The position numbers were made by a program, and so were the translations under genes. Below, in pieces: positions 1-11,589 of a stretch of 64,000 bases of DNA. Numbering within the stretch: the stretch's first letter is position 1; the number at the start of each line of letters is the position of its first letter. Source of the stretch: Trichoplax adhaerens. Its lineage: Eukaryota > Animalia > Placozoa. The stretch lies in assembly GCF_000150275.1 (NCBI RefSeq), contig NW_002060947.1, positions 134,494 to 198,493 of the forward strand. The letters are read 5' to 3'. The notes under the pieces are model-generated. The model was given only the letters and a program-made list of their open reading frames with translations. It did not search any database and was not told the origin of the DNA.

Positions 1-436
1 AATGCATATAGATATACACTCATGTAGATTTGCCTTTTAAATCAAACGAAAGTAACAAGCTAAGTAATGATCAATAAAATAGGTTAAATATGGTCCCGGT
101 GATCGATGAGATAGAATAACAAGCTCTGTTTGCAAGGCACAATGTATTTACAACATTTTGACAGACGCATAAAATGTAAAAACGATTGGCTATAAACGTA
201 CTATTATTAACCTTTGACGGATTATTTACTTGTACTCGTCTATCGTCCTTTATACACCAAGAATTGTGATTTGATTTCAAATTTGTATGTACCAGTACTT
301 TGATTTTTGCTCATGATATTGTACAGCATAAATTGAGATAATTTTCTGTCCTGATTTTCTCCTTGTGATTATCTTTGCAACATCAGATTCTAATTCTTGC
401 GTAATTTATTGCAATTTACTCATTTCGTATTTACAG

Positions 437-3400
437 GTAGATAAGGTCACATTGAAAGATAGATTTAATCCAAGCTTTGAAAATAACGGAACGCTTCATT
501 TAACAGCAACCCATCTAATTTTTATTAATCCTGCAGTTAATCCAGAACTATGGGTAATTACAATGCTAATTAAGAAATGCTTTATGTCAAATATTCTACA
601 GTACATCTTATATTCAATTGCAATGGATGAAATTGAATACAAACTCCATATGTACGGTGGTTACTGTTGGAAGCAATTAGTCTAATACTCTACTAGCTTA
701 AATATATTGAGCTTCAATTTCATCTTATGTGTACTTCTGTTGAATACTTGTCATAAATTAGATTAATAGCAGCATTAGTTTTAACTTATTCATTTTTGGA
801 TCAATTATATTGAATAGACCTTTGAGTGATTGCTAAAGTAAAGTTTTAGTGCAATTTTGGTAAATCAGATTTTTCATCATGGTATCAGCCAAACTGATCC
901 AGTGATAATTTTCTTATATTTTTAGTTATCTTACTCGCATATAGCTACTGTGGAGAAGCAGCAAATTAGTATTAAAGGAGCACCACTAAAAATTGTCTGT
1001 AAAGATTTTCGTGTCCTAAACTTTGTCTTCTACAAGGAGCGTGATTGTCAAGACGTTTATGTCTCACTACAAAATTTAACAAAACCAGGTATGTTTACAA
1101 ATGTAGAAATATTAATTGAAATTAGGCTTAGTAATTACTACCAATTCCTAAAATTACTTGTTTAAAATTATCGTCCTCAGTAAATTATGCGGAATTGCAC
1201 GCCTTTACTTACGAACCTCCTGGTAGTAAATGGCCTAGATCTGACGGATGGAATATTTTCGAATTCGAAGCTGAAATGACTCGCTTAGAAGTACCGAGTG
1301 ATTTGTGGAGGAAAACAGATATTAATAAAGATTATAAGGTAAAATTACGATCATAAATCTATTTAATGTGCACACGTTGTTGTTCCTTAGCTACTACCAT
1401 ATGTAGAGTTGATTCTTCGCTTATGATCTAAAACTATTACCGTCATATTATATTAGCAATCGCTGAATAACATGATTATGTAATGGTGTTGTAAATACTC
1501 TGTGTAGCTATGTCCAACCTATCCTGAAGTCTTGTATGTGCCAGCGACAGCTACAGAAGAGACTCTAACCGGTAGTGCATCTTTTCGTAGCAGAGGTAGA
1601 CTACCCGTTTTGACTTATTACCATAAATACAACAAGGTAGAATTTTGTTTTATTATTGTTAAAGCTATCTAAACTAATAATTAGCGAGTACTAGACTACT
1701 CGATCTGATAGATTTGATAGACAATTTATTCGTAAGGTTATTTTTCAGTACATGTTAAATTCTTGCACGTAGACTGCCTTATGCCGCAGTAGTCAGCCAT
1801 TAACAGGAATGCGGGGAAGAAGCGTAGATGATGAACAATTATTACAGGCTGTAATTCAATCAAATCCGAAGTCTCCTGTTATGTATATAGTAGATACCAG
1901 ACCTAAGGTAATTCGACCAATGTCATTTACTTATATTATCATTTATTGATGTCTATACTTATTTAAGAATTGCATTATGGACTGAATTTAGATTAATGCT
2001 ATGGCGAATAAGGCTGCTGGCAAAGGTTATGAAAATTTGGACAATTATCCTAATGTTCTATATCGATTTCGTGGAATACAAAATATTCATGTTATGCGAG
2101 AGAGTTTGCAAAAGTTATCGGAAGGTTAGCCAATTACTCCACGATCATGTGAATATCATTAATTTTTTATGCTAATCAATCGCTAACTTGTAATTAATGT
2201 GTCTTCTAGTTATAGAAAATCCTGCGCTAAATGCTGGCGAATTTTTCGATTCTTTAGATAGTAGTAGTTGGCTTAAGCATATTAGATCAGTAATTGATAC
2301 GTCTAGATTTATTGCCCTGGTTAGTATCGCGTCGGTACAAGACGAAATTCAGATTTAAAGGATTACCTTGTTTTTTAAAGTGACGCAGATTGTAATGTTA
2401 TACTTTTTAGGCAATGCTAATGGATAATGCATCAGTATTATGCCACTGTAGTGATGGATGGGATAGAACTGCTCAAACATGTGCTTTAGCATCGTTATTT
2501 CTTGACCCATATTACAGAACAATTAAAGGCTACCAGGTACAGTAAATTGGCTATTCCAATATAGTTGCCAGTCATTCTATAAACAATATAAATTGACGCT
2601 TTAGATATTAATTGAGAAAGACTGGCTTGCATTTGGCCATAAATTCAACTGCCGGTAAGAGATTTACTTCTAGATATCGGTTTATTTCAAAATTAGTTAC
2701 TAACTATAGTATTATAATGAATTCTTTGACGAACTTGATTTAGTTGTGGATTACTGCGCCGTGAAAACCGCGAAGTTTCGCCTGTATTCACACAATTTAT
2801 AGATTGTACATGGCAGATAATGCAACAGTTTCCGTTCGCATTTGAATTTAACGAACAATTTCTTTTAACTATACATGACCATGTTTATTCTTGCCAGGTT
2901 AGTTACTATTAGTAAGACTATTCCTGAGATCTTTAAAATTGATATGTGCTAATATTATTAAAATATCAGGAATATAGTCTATCTTCTTTAAATTCTATCA
3001 ATTTTTCTATAGTTTGGAAATTTCTTAGGAAACTGCCAACAGGACAGAAGGAAGGAGTCGTACGTAATATAGCTGACGTATTAATTTATGTTTCAAAATT
3101 GGGTTTCATCTATCTCTGTTTAGTGAAATACTAAATCTTTTACCAATTATACGGATAGACTTTCTGAAAAGACCTATTCATTGTGGGGTTATATGTGCAA
3201 ACAGTTGGCAACATATTTGAACCCTTACTACGACCCAAACTTTAATGCAGATAAAAGAGGAATAATTATTCCATTGATAAATCCTCAGTGTATAAGGTAA
3301 TCATTAAAGTCAGTTCATAATGTTATTACTATATCAATACACAACTCAAATAGCAGCATTTGAAATTGATGTAGGCATTAATTGTAGTATCCTTTCATAT

Positions 3401-3932
3401 AGATTCTGGTCGGGTATGTATAATAGACATGCTTTCGCTCATTCTAAGTCTGAAACAATAGAGGATCGAGCTACCAGAATTTATGCTGATAATAAGAAAT
3501 TGGAGAAAGAAATCTCAGCTATATCCGAAGTAAATTATATTGTTACTATATAATTGATGCATTTTAGCTTTCTATAACTATAAAGTTTACCCATAAGCGC
3601 TTTCAGTACAGTATATGTGATGTGTTCAATTTGATGCACAGGAAATTGCACTTTTAGAAAATAAAAGCGCTGAGGGTCAAGTAAATGGATCAATTTGCGA
3701 AAATCCAGAGGATGAAGATGAAAATTCTAATTTACAACTAAATCATGATCTGAAGACGATGGATAGCTCTACTACCGAAATAGATGTACAGCAAGCTACA
3801 GAAATAGTAGACAGCAATACTCTTTCAGAATTTGAGCAATTAGCTGTCCAGGATTCTATTAGTGACGGAAACGAAGTAAAAAACACAGAGATGACTAAAG
3901 ATGTAAATTATACTATTTCCGATGAGGCTTAG
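437..3932 (+). CDS. MTMR6: Myotubularin-related phosphoinositide 3-phosphatase, MTMR6/7/8 subfamily, catalytic motif intact; short first coding exon not found and probably upstream of the window
   Basis: 14 exons with GT-AG introns keep one frame: 437-553, 926-1088, 1181-1338, 1508-1636, 1773-1907, 1992-2124, 2210-2319, 2411-2536, 2605-2654, 2744-2897, 3013-3059, 3159-3296, 3403-3529, 3642-3932(TAG). Motifs: [50 protein letters not shown], catalytic HCSDGWDRT (2444-2470), [31 protein letters not shown], coiled coil, acidic tail. The symbol denotes the MTMR6/7/8 co-orthologue. Confidence 0.95.
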
Positions 3933-4796
3933 TGAATACAGTTTAAATAATAATTATGCGGCAGGTGGCTGACAGCTAGGAATAGCAAGTTCGACCTAAT
4001 TATACATTAATATGTTTAGTTTAAAATTGTGTATTAAATGCAACTATCACACTGATGTTTATTCAAAAGTATACCTTGAGTATTTTGTATAAATAGGTAG
4101 AGAGCTAGGGTTACGAACAGAATATGTCACTTGATTGTTTACGCATCCTTTGGATGTTTTTAAATGACGTTTTGTAGGAATTATACTGTTTCAGAATGCT
4201 ACTGTTAACTCAATGATAGTCAATTTCTGCATATGTACAATATTCGTTTCTTGGACACTACTTTTATAACTCTCTACGTACTGTTAAGTTTTATCTTGTA
4301 ACTCGTAAAGTTATATCTTTTATCGATAACAAATACTCCGTAGTCGAAAATATTAAGAAAAGCATCAACTAAGATGCTATCTTATCATATGAGCTAGTTC
4401 ATTTTCAGTTGAAAGTTTTATTTTCTGAACCGTCAATCGAAATCCTTGTTGGATGATTGATAGGCCACTTTACTAACATCAAGGGATATTTCTACAAAAA
4501 TTTAGCTTTTCAATTCAGTTATATATTATTGATTGATATAGTTAAACATCATAGAGTAGTCATAAATAATTAATACAACGCTACATGGGAAATGAATTTG
4601 TTAATGATACTATGGACATTGTTAAACGATTACACACTAGCACCTCAAAATGTAATTTCAGTAAAGTTATCAGAATAACTATTGCAGTATCCTATTTGGC
4701 GTCTGTTATAATATTTGAACATATAAAACTTATATAAGCGATCAATTCGTATTGTGTAAAAATATAAAGGAAAATATCCTAGTTGATATTCCAAAT

Positions 4797-6864
4797 TTAT
4801 GCTTGTGCCAACGCGATAATACTAAAATTTACTTCTGTTGGATCACGCTGCATAAGAGATTGACACACTTTAGCGGCATCCTAAATAGTAAGATATTAAG
4901 AGCAAGCATATTCGTGAACAGATATGTTTGCCGTAAGAAGAATGGTATTAATTAGTGATACGTAGATAGGCTATTGCTGACGCTTGTAATATTAAAGCGT
5001 AAATAGCGATGAACATTACCTTTAGAAATGATTCGGGGCTTGAGGAGCCATGATTGATAGGGAACGGTTTGCGTCCATCTACATGAATTAAATCTTAAAT
5101 TGTAAGAATTTATCGTACTATCAATGGCTTTCTTGCAGTATAGGTGGTGTACAACGTACCTAACTCATATAAATGGCCACCATTTTGGACGAGAGCAACG
5201 TAATGCAAGTTAACCTCCTCGTTAACGCTTGGAGCCTAACACAACGAATAATTTTATTCATTCACCGACGACATAGCAAATTGCAAATGTCACAGTTTAG
5301 TAACTTGAGGATACAATTATAACCGGACGTACGTTCATACATATACTACACATCAGCTAAATATTTGTACTGACGCTATTTACTGTAAATTAATAAAAGA
5401 CTGTAATGTACTGTAGATCGCAATCATAACTGCTGGAAAATGATAAATTGTTATTTTCTATATATTGCCCATTACATCGGTGTACCATGAAGATTTAAGT
5501 ATTGCTTTTAGCCTGTAAGATATTCAAGTAATAATAATAATTATTGACAGTTACCTGAGTTTGCCCTTCATGAGCGCATGCTTCGTGAGCAGAAGTAATT
5601 TCCTGATAGAGATTAATAAGAAATATCATTGATTTCGTGCAATCATTATACTGTAGTCGTATTCTCTATTGTGAGGTTACAGTAGAATTGGTAGATGGTG
5701 AAATTTTAAAGATATCCTAGGTATACTTACATTATCATTTTCAAGATAGGCTGCTCTTTCTACCGCATTCATGTTAGCTGTAGCTTGTAAAAATTCCTTT
5801 AGGTAGCCATTATCGAGCTGAACATTTGCACTGTTGTTGCCGAATGCATGTATAAGTGCGATTGTACCACAAGCGTTGCCAATCGTTTGCTTCATAAAAT
5901 AGACATCGTCGCCAACAAACTACAGTACATCAGGCCAATACAATATACACTTACAATTTGTTACCAGATTAATTAAATTTATGGTTATGGTTATAATTTG
6001 CTGTATCTGTAGGCACACATAAACAAATACTTAACTACTGCAAAATTAGATGTGCTCGTATATTATAGCAGTACAATAAACTTTGTTCCTTTGCAGGATA
6101 ACGAGTAGTTAGTTAGATAGACACTACAGTCCATGTAGACCTAATATTAACTCACTTATCGATTGATACTATTTCTTAGTTTTTACAGTTACGAATGTTC
6201 GTATCTAGCTGACCTGGCCTTGAGTACCAAGTCGATTGACTTCATCAGTTATGTAATTTTCGTACTAGATAAATTAATAAAACACGTAAACGCATTAGCA
6301 ACTATAATTCCAACGACTATCATAGTGTTAAGGGAAATAGAAAGGTAAAAGAAAGCTGATATCAATCACCTTCGATGTTATAGGAAATAGAACTAATAAG
6401 GCTACGACAGGTTGAGGTAAGAAAGCTAGTAATTCATCGTCTAATCCGAAAACATCGACAAACTGCCATGCTTTGGGGACCCCTAAAGCATAAGCAAACT
6501 ATTCCCTCGATATGAGGTTGATCACATCAAAATTAATAAACAAGCAGGCATTGCATCAATGACGTCTATCAACTTGTAGTCTATCTATACGTTCTAATTC
6601 TTGGATTTCTTATTGGACGCTATGAGTGATACCTTGTTTATAGCCTAGCATAATAAATAGAATTATTTTCAAATTAGGATCATCTACACGTCGCACTGAA
6701 TTCCATTGTACAGTATATATATATAGAGAGCTTCTCACGTATGATTTGATCGATTTTCTATGCAGTTATGATAAGTAGGCTTCAATTTATAGCAATCTAC
6801 GACGATTATGCAATACCTCTGGGTTGGATTCAAGCGGCAACCAACGTGATGTTTGACCGGACAT
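4797..6864 (-). CDS. UCHL3: Ubiquitin C-terminal hydrolase, UCH-L3/UCH-L1 type (peptidase C12), 231 aa
   Basis: Nine minus-strand exons: 6864-6817, 6644-6633, 6498-6370, 6264-6214, 5919-5731, 5602-5555, 5235-5160, 5078-5020, 4880-4797(TAA), total 696 nt. Motifs: [29 protein letters not shown] (catalytic Cys), NLHYVAL (His), [15 protein letters not shown] (Asp), FSIIAL near the C-terminus. No UCHL5/BAP1 extension. Confidence 0.95.
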
Positions 6865-7164
6865 GTTTTCTTCTGCTTGCTATTGGAAAGTTAATAAATG
6901 ACTGAATGAACTAGTTATACTTCAGGACTGAGCAATGAGTAGAGCGCAAGTCTATTTCTACTAAATTTGCCTTGCGACTTTAGTACACGAACTGGTTTGA
7001 TACCGTAGTCTGTGCACCCTGCTACGGTACTGAATAATGCTGTACGTTGCCATTGCTACCGTATTACGATAGGCCACAGCAAGAGTACTGGATGATCGTC
7101 TGTCCGCCAATTCTATAGCAGTATTTTATTGATTGGTTTTATTTTTGGATGGACTCGAATTTTA

Positions 7165-7175
7165 GCGGCCATCTT
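7165..7175 (-). promoter_or_regulatory. YY1-like element AAGATGGCCGC about 300 bp upstream of the UCHL3 ATG
   Basis: GCGGCCATCTT on +, close to the YY1 consensus AAGATGGCGGC. A second match, AAGATGGCTGC (9859-9869), overlaps the Pam17 start codon. Motif match only. Confidence 0.3.
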
Positions 7176-7546
7176 TATAGCCCATAGGCTGAGATCTTTT
7201 CCTGAAGAACTATTTACCGTTCTCCTGGTATATCAACGATCCAAGCTAGCGCCGACATACTTGATATTCATTATACAAGGCCGATATACAAGTATCCTAC
7301 TGGATGCAGGATAGTCAGTGGATACTAAGATATGATCGCCAAGCAATTTTCAAGAGGAAATGACAGACTTCCTTCTATGCAAGCAATAATTTTATAACGG
7401 TAAATTACAGACCTTTTAATTAATTTTATGATACTTTTGAATTTACACTGAAATGATTGTATTTTATAGATAGAGGAACAAATGGAGACAGTACTTGCAC
7501 GTGCAATGCATCATTTTCCATAGCCTTTTATCACGCGCCTAGTCAG

Positions 7547-8689
7547 GAGTAAAAAGTTGATCTCGAGCCTCTGCTATTGTATAAAATAGTGTAAACTTAT
7601 GGTATCCGAAAGAATCGGTTAAATTGAAGAGGAATTTTACATACAGTAAATAGCGGTGAATGACTAAATTGAATCCATGCAGACTTCCTAGGAATACATG
7701 AAATATTGGCTATTTATGACGTACGTAAATTGGCTATTTTTGACGTACGTGAGGCATATTCGAAATTTAAAAATTATTCACTTATTACTACAATAAATGG
7801 GTCTGATTGCCAGTTCTGGCAGCATTAATCAAGAGTAAAAAGTTGATCTCGAGCTACTACTACTATATAAAATAGTGTAAATTTATAGTATCCGAAAGAA
7901 TTGGCTAAATTGAAGTGGAATTTTACGTAAATAACGGAGAATGACTAAATTGAATCCATGTAGACTTCCTAGGAATACTGTACATGAAATATTGGCTATT
8001 TATGACGTACGTAAATTGGCTATTTTTGATGTACTTAAGGCATATTCGAAATTTAAAAATTATTCACTTATTACTACAATAAATGAGTTTGATTGACAGT
8101 TCTGGCAGCATTAATCAAGAGTAAAAAGTTGATCTGAGCTACTACTACTATATAAAGTAGTGTAAATTTATAGTATCCGAAAGAATCGACTAAATTGAAG
8201 TGGAATTTTACGTAAATAACGGAGAATGACTAAATTGAATCCATGTAGACTTCCTAGGAATACTGTACATGAAATATTGGCTATTTATGACGTACGTACA
8301 TTAGCTATTTTTGACGTACTTAAGGCATATTCGAAATTTAAAAATTATTCACTTATTACTACAATAAATGAGTTTGATTGCCAGTTCTGGCAGCATTAAT
8401 CAAGAGTAAAAAGTTGATCTCGAGCTACTACTACTATATAAAATAGTGTAAATTTATAGTATCCGAAAGAATCGGCTAAACTTGAAGTGGAATTTTACGT
8501 AAATAACGGAGAATGACTAAATTGAATCCATATAGACTTCCTAGGAATACTGTACATGAAATATTGGCTATTTATGACGTACGTACATTAGCTATTTTTG
8601 ACGTACTTAAGGCATATTCGAAATTTAAAAATTATTCACTTATTACTACAATAAATGAGTCTGATTGCCAGTTCCGGCAGGGTTAATCA
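7547..8689. repeat. Tandem repeat, 4 copies of a 285-286 bp unit
   Basis: GAGTAAAAAGTTGATCT starts at 7547, 7833, 8119 and 8404. Copies 2-4 are nearly identical and copy 1 is more diverged. The unit has an internal ~24-bp duplication (TTGGCTATTT.TGACGTAC x2) and a near-terminal palindrome TGCCAG-TT-CTGGCA. Confidence 0.95.
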
Positions 8690-8854
8690 TTAAGCTTATT
8701 CATGGATATACAACTGCTAAGTAGACGTTTTCCAAATATCATTTATACTATGGTATAATCGTATAAACCGAAGGGGCCTAATGAATCAAGCGTGTTCAAT
8801 ATATATAAATAAATATAATCCACATCAAGAAATGTAAACGTATTGGCTGAAGCA

Positions 8855-9790
8855 CAGTACAATACAGTATACAGTACAGTACTGTACGCGTATAGGCAGT
8901 AATACAATAATATCATTAATTTATTTATGTATGAATTTGTTCCACTTGGTTCTAATACAATACAGTACTGTATATCTGTCAGGAGATATCTATCCATTAC
9001 GATGCAGGGACTGCTGAATGGAAGCGATTTCTTCTGGATACTAGTATCTAGAATCGAGATGGTAGAAGGGCAGTTTTTTTCTTCCCCAAGCTCATGGGTT
9101 GATGTCTGTCTCTCTTATTAAGGAGTCATTAGGAAGAAACTGTTGACACTTATGATCACGGTAAAGTTAAAGTTTAAGAGTTGTTTCCAAGGCATCGCAA
9201 ACCTCGAATCAACCTATAGATGCTTTGGTTGTTTCCCATACTATGTACTATAGAACCGAGGCGAATGAATCGAATTCAGTAAGTCTGTCCCATCCGATGT
9301 CTCTGACTGCTATTACTGTACTGTACAGTGTACAGTCTATGTACAGTACATTGTACAGTACTGTAGTGGAGGGTAACACTACAGTATTTGAAAATTCCTA
9401 CTGGGTGAGTATGGGATTACTGCCATTTCCAAATTGGGGGATCTCGAGGTATTTAGCATCGTGTTTAGTGCGGTAGTTTCAGCCAAGTAGCAGTAAGAAC
9501 TTTTTACTTATAATAACTGGCGGGAATATAATGGGATTCGTAAGGACCATGCACTAACTGTAAAACAGTACTACAGTAATTGTACTGTAGTTGTTCAGTA
9601 GCATGGCCTACAGTACAGTACAGTACAGTACTTCAACACTGGTGTTAGTCCGGTCACGCTACACTACAGTATACTGTAGAGTACTGTACTGTACACTGTG
9701 TCCAATTGACTGTTGAAAAATGGTCCACTTGTACGACTGCGCATGTTCTACCTCACATGACTGTACTGTACTGTGCGTACAGTCATGTGT
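8855..9790. repeat. Dense field of TACAG/TACTG pentamers in mixed orientation upstream of Pam17
   Basis: Examples: (TACAG)4TA at 9609-9630, TACAGTATACAGTACAGTACTGTA near 8863-8886, and clusters at 9314-9385 and 9665-9693. Confidence 0.85.
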
Positions 9791-9861
9791 GGTACTGTGC
9801 TCGACGTGCACACAAACCAGTAAGACCTGCGCTACCCTTCAACGCATGAATAAAAACAAAG

Positions 9862-11589
9862 ATGGCTGCATGCAGACTGCAGGTAATCCGATGGAGAAAT
9901 TTCCATTCAATGCTAGGTGTATCTTATCGATATTTAAATAATAGAGGTACAAGCCATCATCCGAGCTTTTGTAGATATCTTCATTTTAGCTCGATCAAGT
10001 ATGATAACAAAGAAATGAATGAGAAAGGAGAGAATAAAGCAACAGCTCCAAGCCTGAATACCACGGCTGGTCGTTTCGGATCCAAAATTCGACCTACCCC
10101 ATTACAGTTACCTTTTGAAGAATTTATCACATTTCGTAAGAAATTAAAAGTCAGAAGTAGGATTGCCGGAGTTCCTTTTGGCCTGTTAGGTTTAACAGCT
10201 TCATCAATGGTATCAGCTTACATGCTTCCAAACATGTTTGATACACCACCGGATGAGATTCAACCGATACTGTAAGTGCTAGCAAATGCTACGCTTGCAA
10301 ATTATATTACTGTACAGCAGTCGATGAAACTCATTTCTTGACTCTTACAATCGTCGTCACACAGATAGATTCCGTATACAGTACATTGAAATTAGTCCAC
10401 TCTATTATCAATCAATTGGATCTTAATAACGGCACACTTCCATTATAAAATACTGCAATGATAGCCTATAAATACTATCGATTAAATAGGTAGCTTACAG
10501 TATACTACTATACCAAGCCACTCATTGAATCCATGGTATACATTCAACATGATGCAAAACTACTTATAAAGGTTTCTACAGTTCTAGAAATCAATGCTAT
10601 GCGCAACTGATCAGTTATCTCATACAATGATTCCATGTCATTCGATATCGCGATAACTCTAGCTTAACCTCGTTTATCATTGGAAGTTACCTTCAATTCT
10701 TGGCTTGCTACTTTGAACTAGACGCGTATTAGCATTCTGTACATTGCAATTCACTGACTGCATACTATAATACTAGAGAATCAATCAATCTTCAAAATCA
10801 ACGGTAGGATCTATACAGCTGGCATCGAACATCGTTGCCAACATGCAGCTGCATACATCGTGTGAGAATCAAACTTGCAAGATTTCAATAGATCTACTCT
10901 TGTCTACTTCAGTCAATTAAAATAATAGTTTTATGATATCATCAATCTTTTTACTTGAAGGGCTTCTCTGTACTTGCAATAATTCAAGCTATTTATTCAT
11001 ACGAGCACAGTCAACCACAACTATATTAATCATCCATTGTACATTTATACTATAGAGGAATGGATCCAATCATATTTTGCGCTTCAGCTGGTGTTTTAGC
11101 TAGCTTGTGCACTTTTGTTGGAGGGTCTTCGCTGTATCGCTTTTTCTGGAAGATTTCTAATAGAGAATTAGCTAAGAATATAGATGAGGTAAGATTACAT
11201 TACAGATTACTACCTAATTTTATATAGGTACCGCTACTGCATACGGTATCTATTCTTGAAAATATATATTTGCAATCTTGTCCGACTGCTTGGGATACCA
11301 TTATGTTAACAATACAGCTATTTGCAGAAATAATACTGAAAGATTGTAATAACATCAGCATTGATATAGTCAACTATACCTTAAATGTTGTTTCTTCACT
11401 AATGTCAAATAGCGTGAGAAAGATTTCTTGCAAAGAATAGAAGCCAATCGTGTTTCAAGGTCGTATGGTACGAGCAAATATGAAGATGATTATTATGGTG
11501 ATACTATCGTTACGTTAAGTGATTATCGACAATGGTTGAGAAAACAACAACAAAAAGCTCAAGATGTTACTAGTTCAGATAAATCGTAA
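9862..11589 (+). CDS. PAM17: Pam17-like presequence translocase-associated motor subunit (mitochondrial TIM23/PAM import), 239 aa
   Basis: Exons 9862-10271, 11056-11188, 11413-11589(TAA), GT-AG, 720 nt. The first 47 aa have 6 Arg, 1 Lys and no acidic residue (presequence-like). Then LPFEEFITFRKK, TM1, IQPILGMDP, TM2, REKDFLQRIEANRV, DYYGDTIVTLSDYRQWLRK. These are colinear with yeast Pam17 blocks LTWSDFFKLRKQ, TQMLFGFDP, NKEFLKHIINNRV and DYYGEKIGSLKEYKQWLRD (recalled from memory). Confidence 0.88.

Noticed and set aside
1-436. First coding exon of the MTMR gene
   Set aside because: No ATG-initiated short phase-0 exon with a donor resembling the MEHIRTTK-type start was found; it is probably upstream of the window.
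7547-8689. CRISPR array or RNA gene cluster
   Set aside because: Whole units repeat without unique spacers, the context is eukaryotic, and no tRNA/5S/snRNA motif was recognisable.
8743-9941. Short ORFs 8743-8997, 8927-9121, 9225-9476 and 9720-9941
   Set aside because: Their Y/C/T/V/S-rich translations are by-products of the TACAG/TACTG repeats and show no protein motifs.
10549-10610. C/D-box snoRNA in Pam17 intron 1
   Set aside because: The C box is imperfect (ATGATGC), there is no terminal stem and no recognisable rRNA guide.
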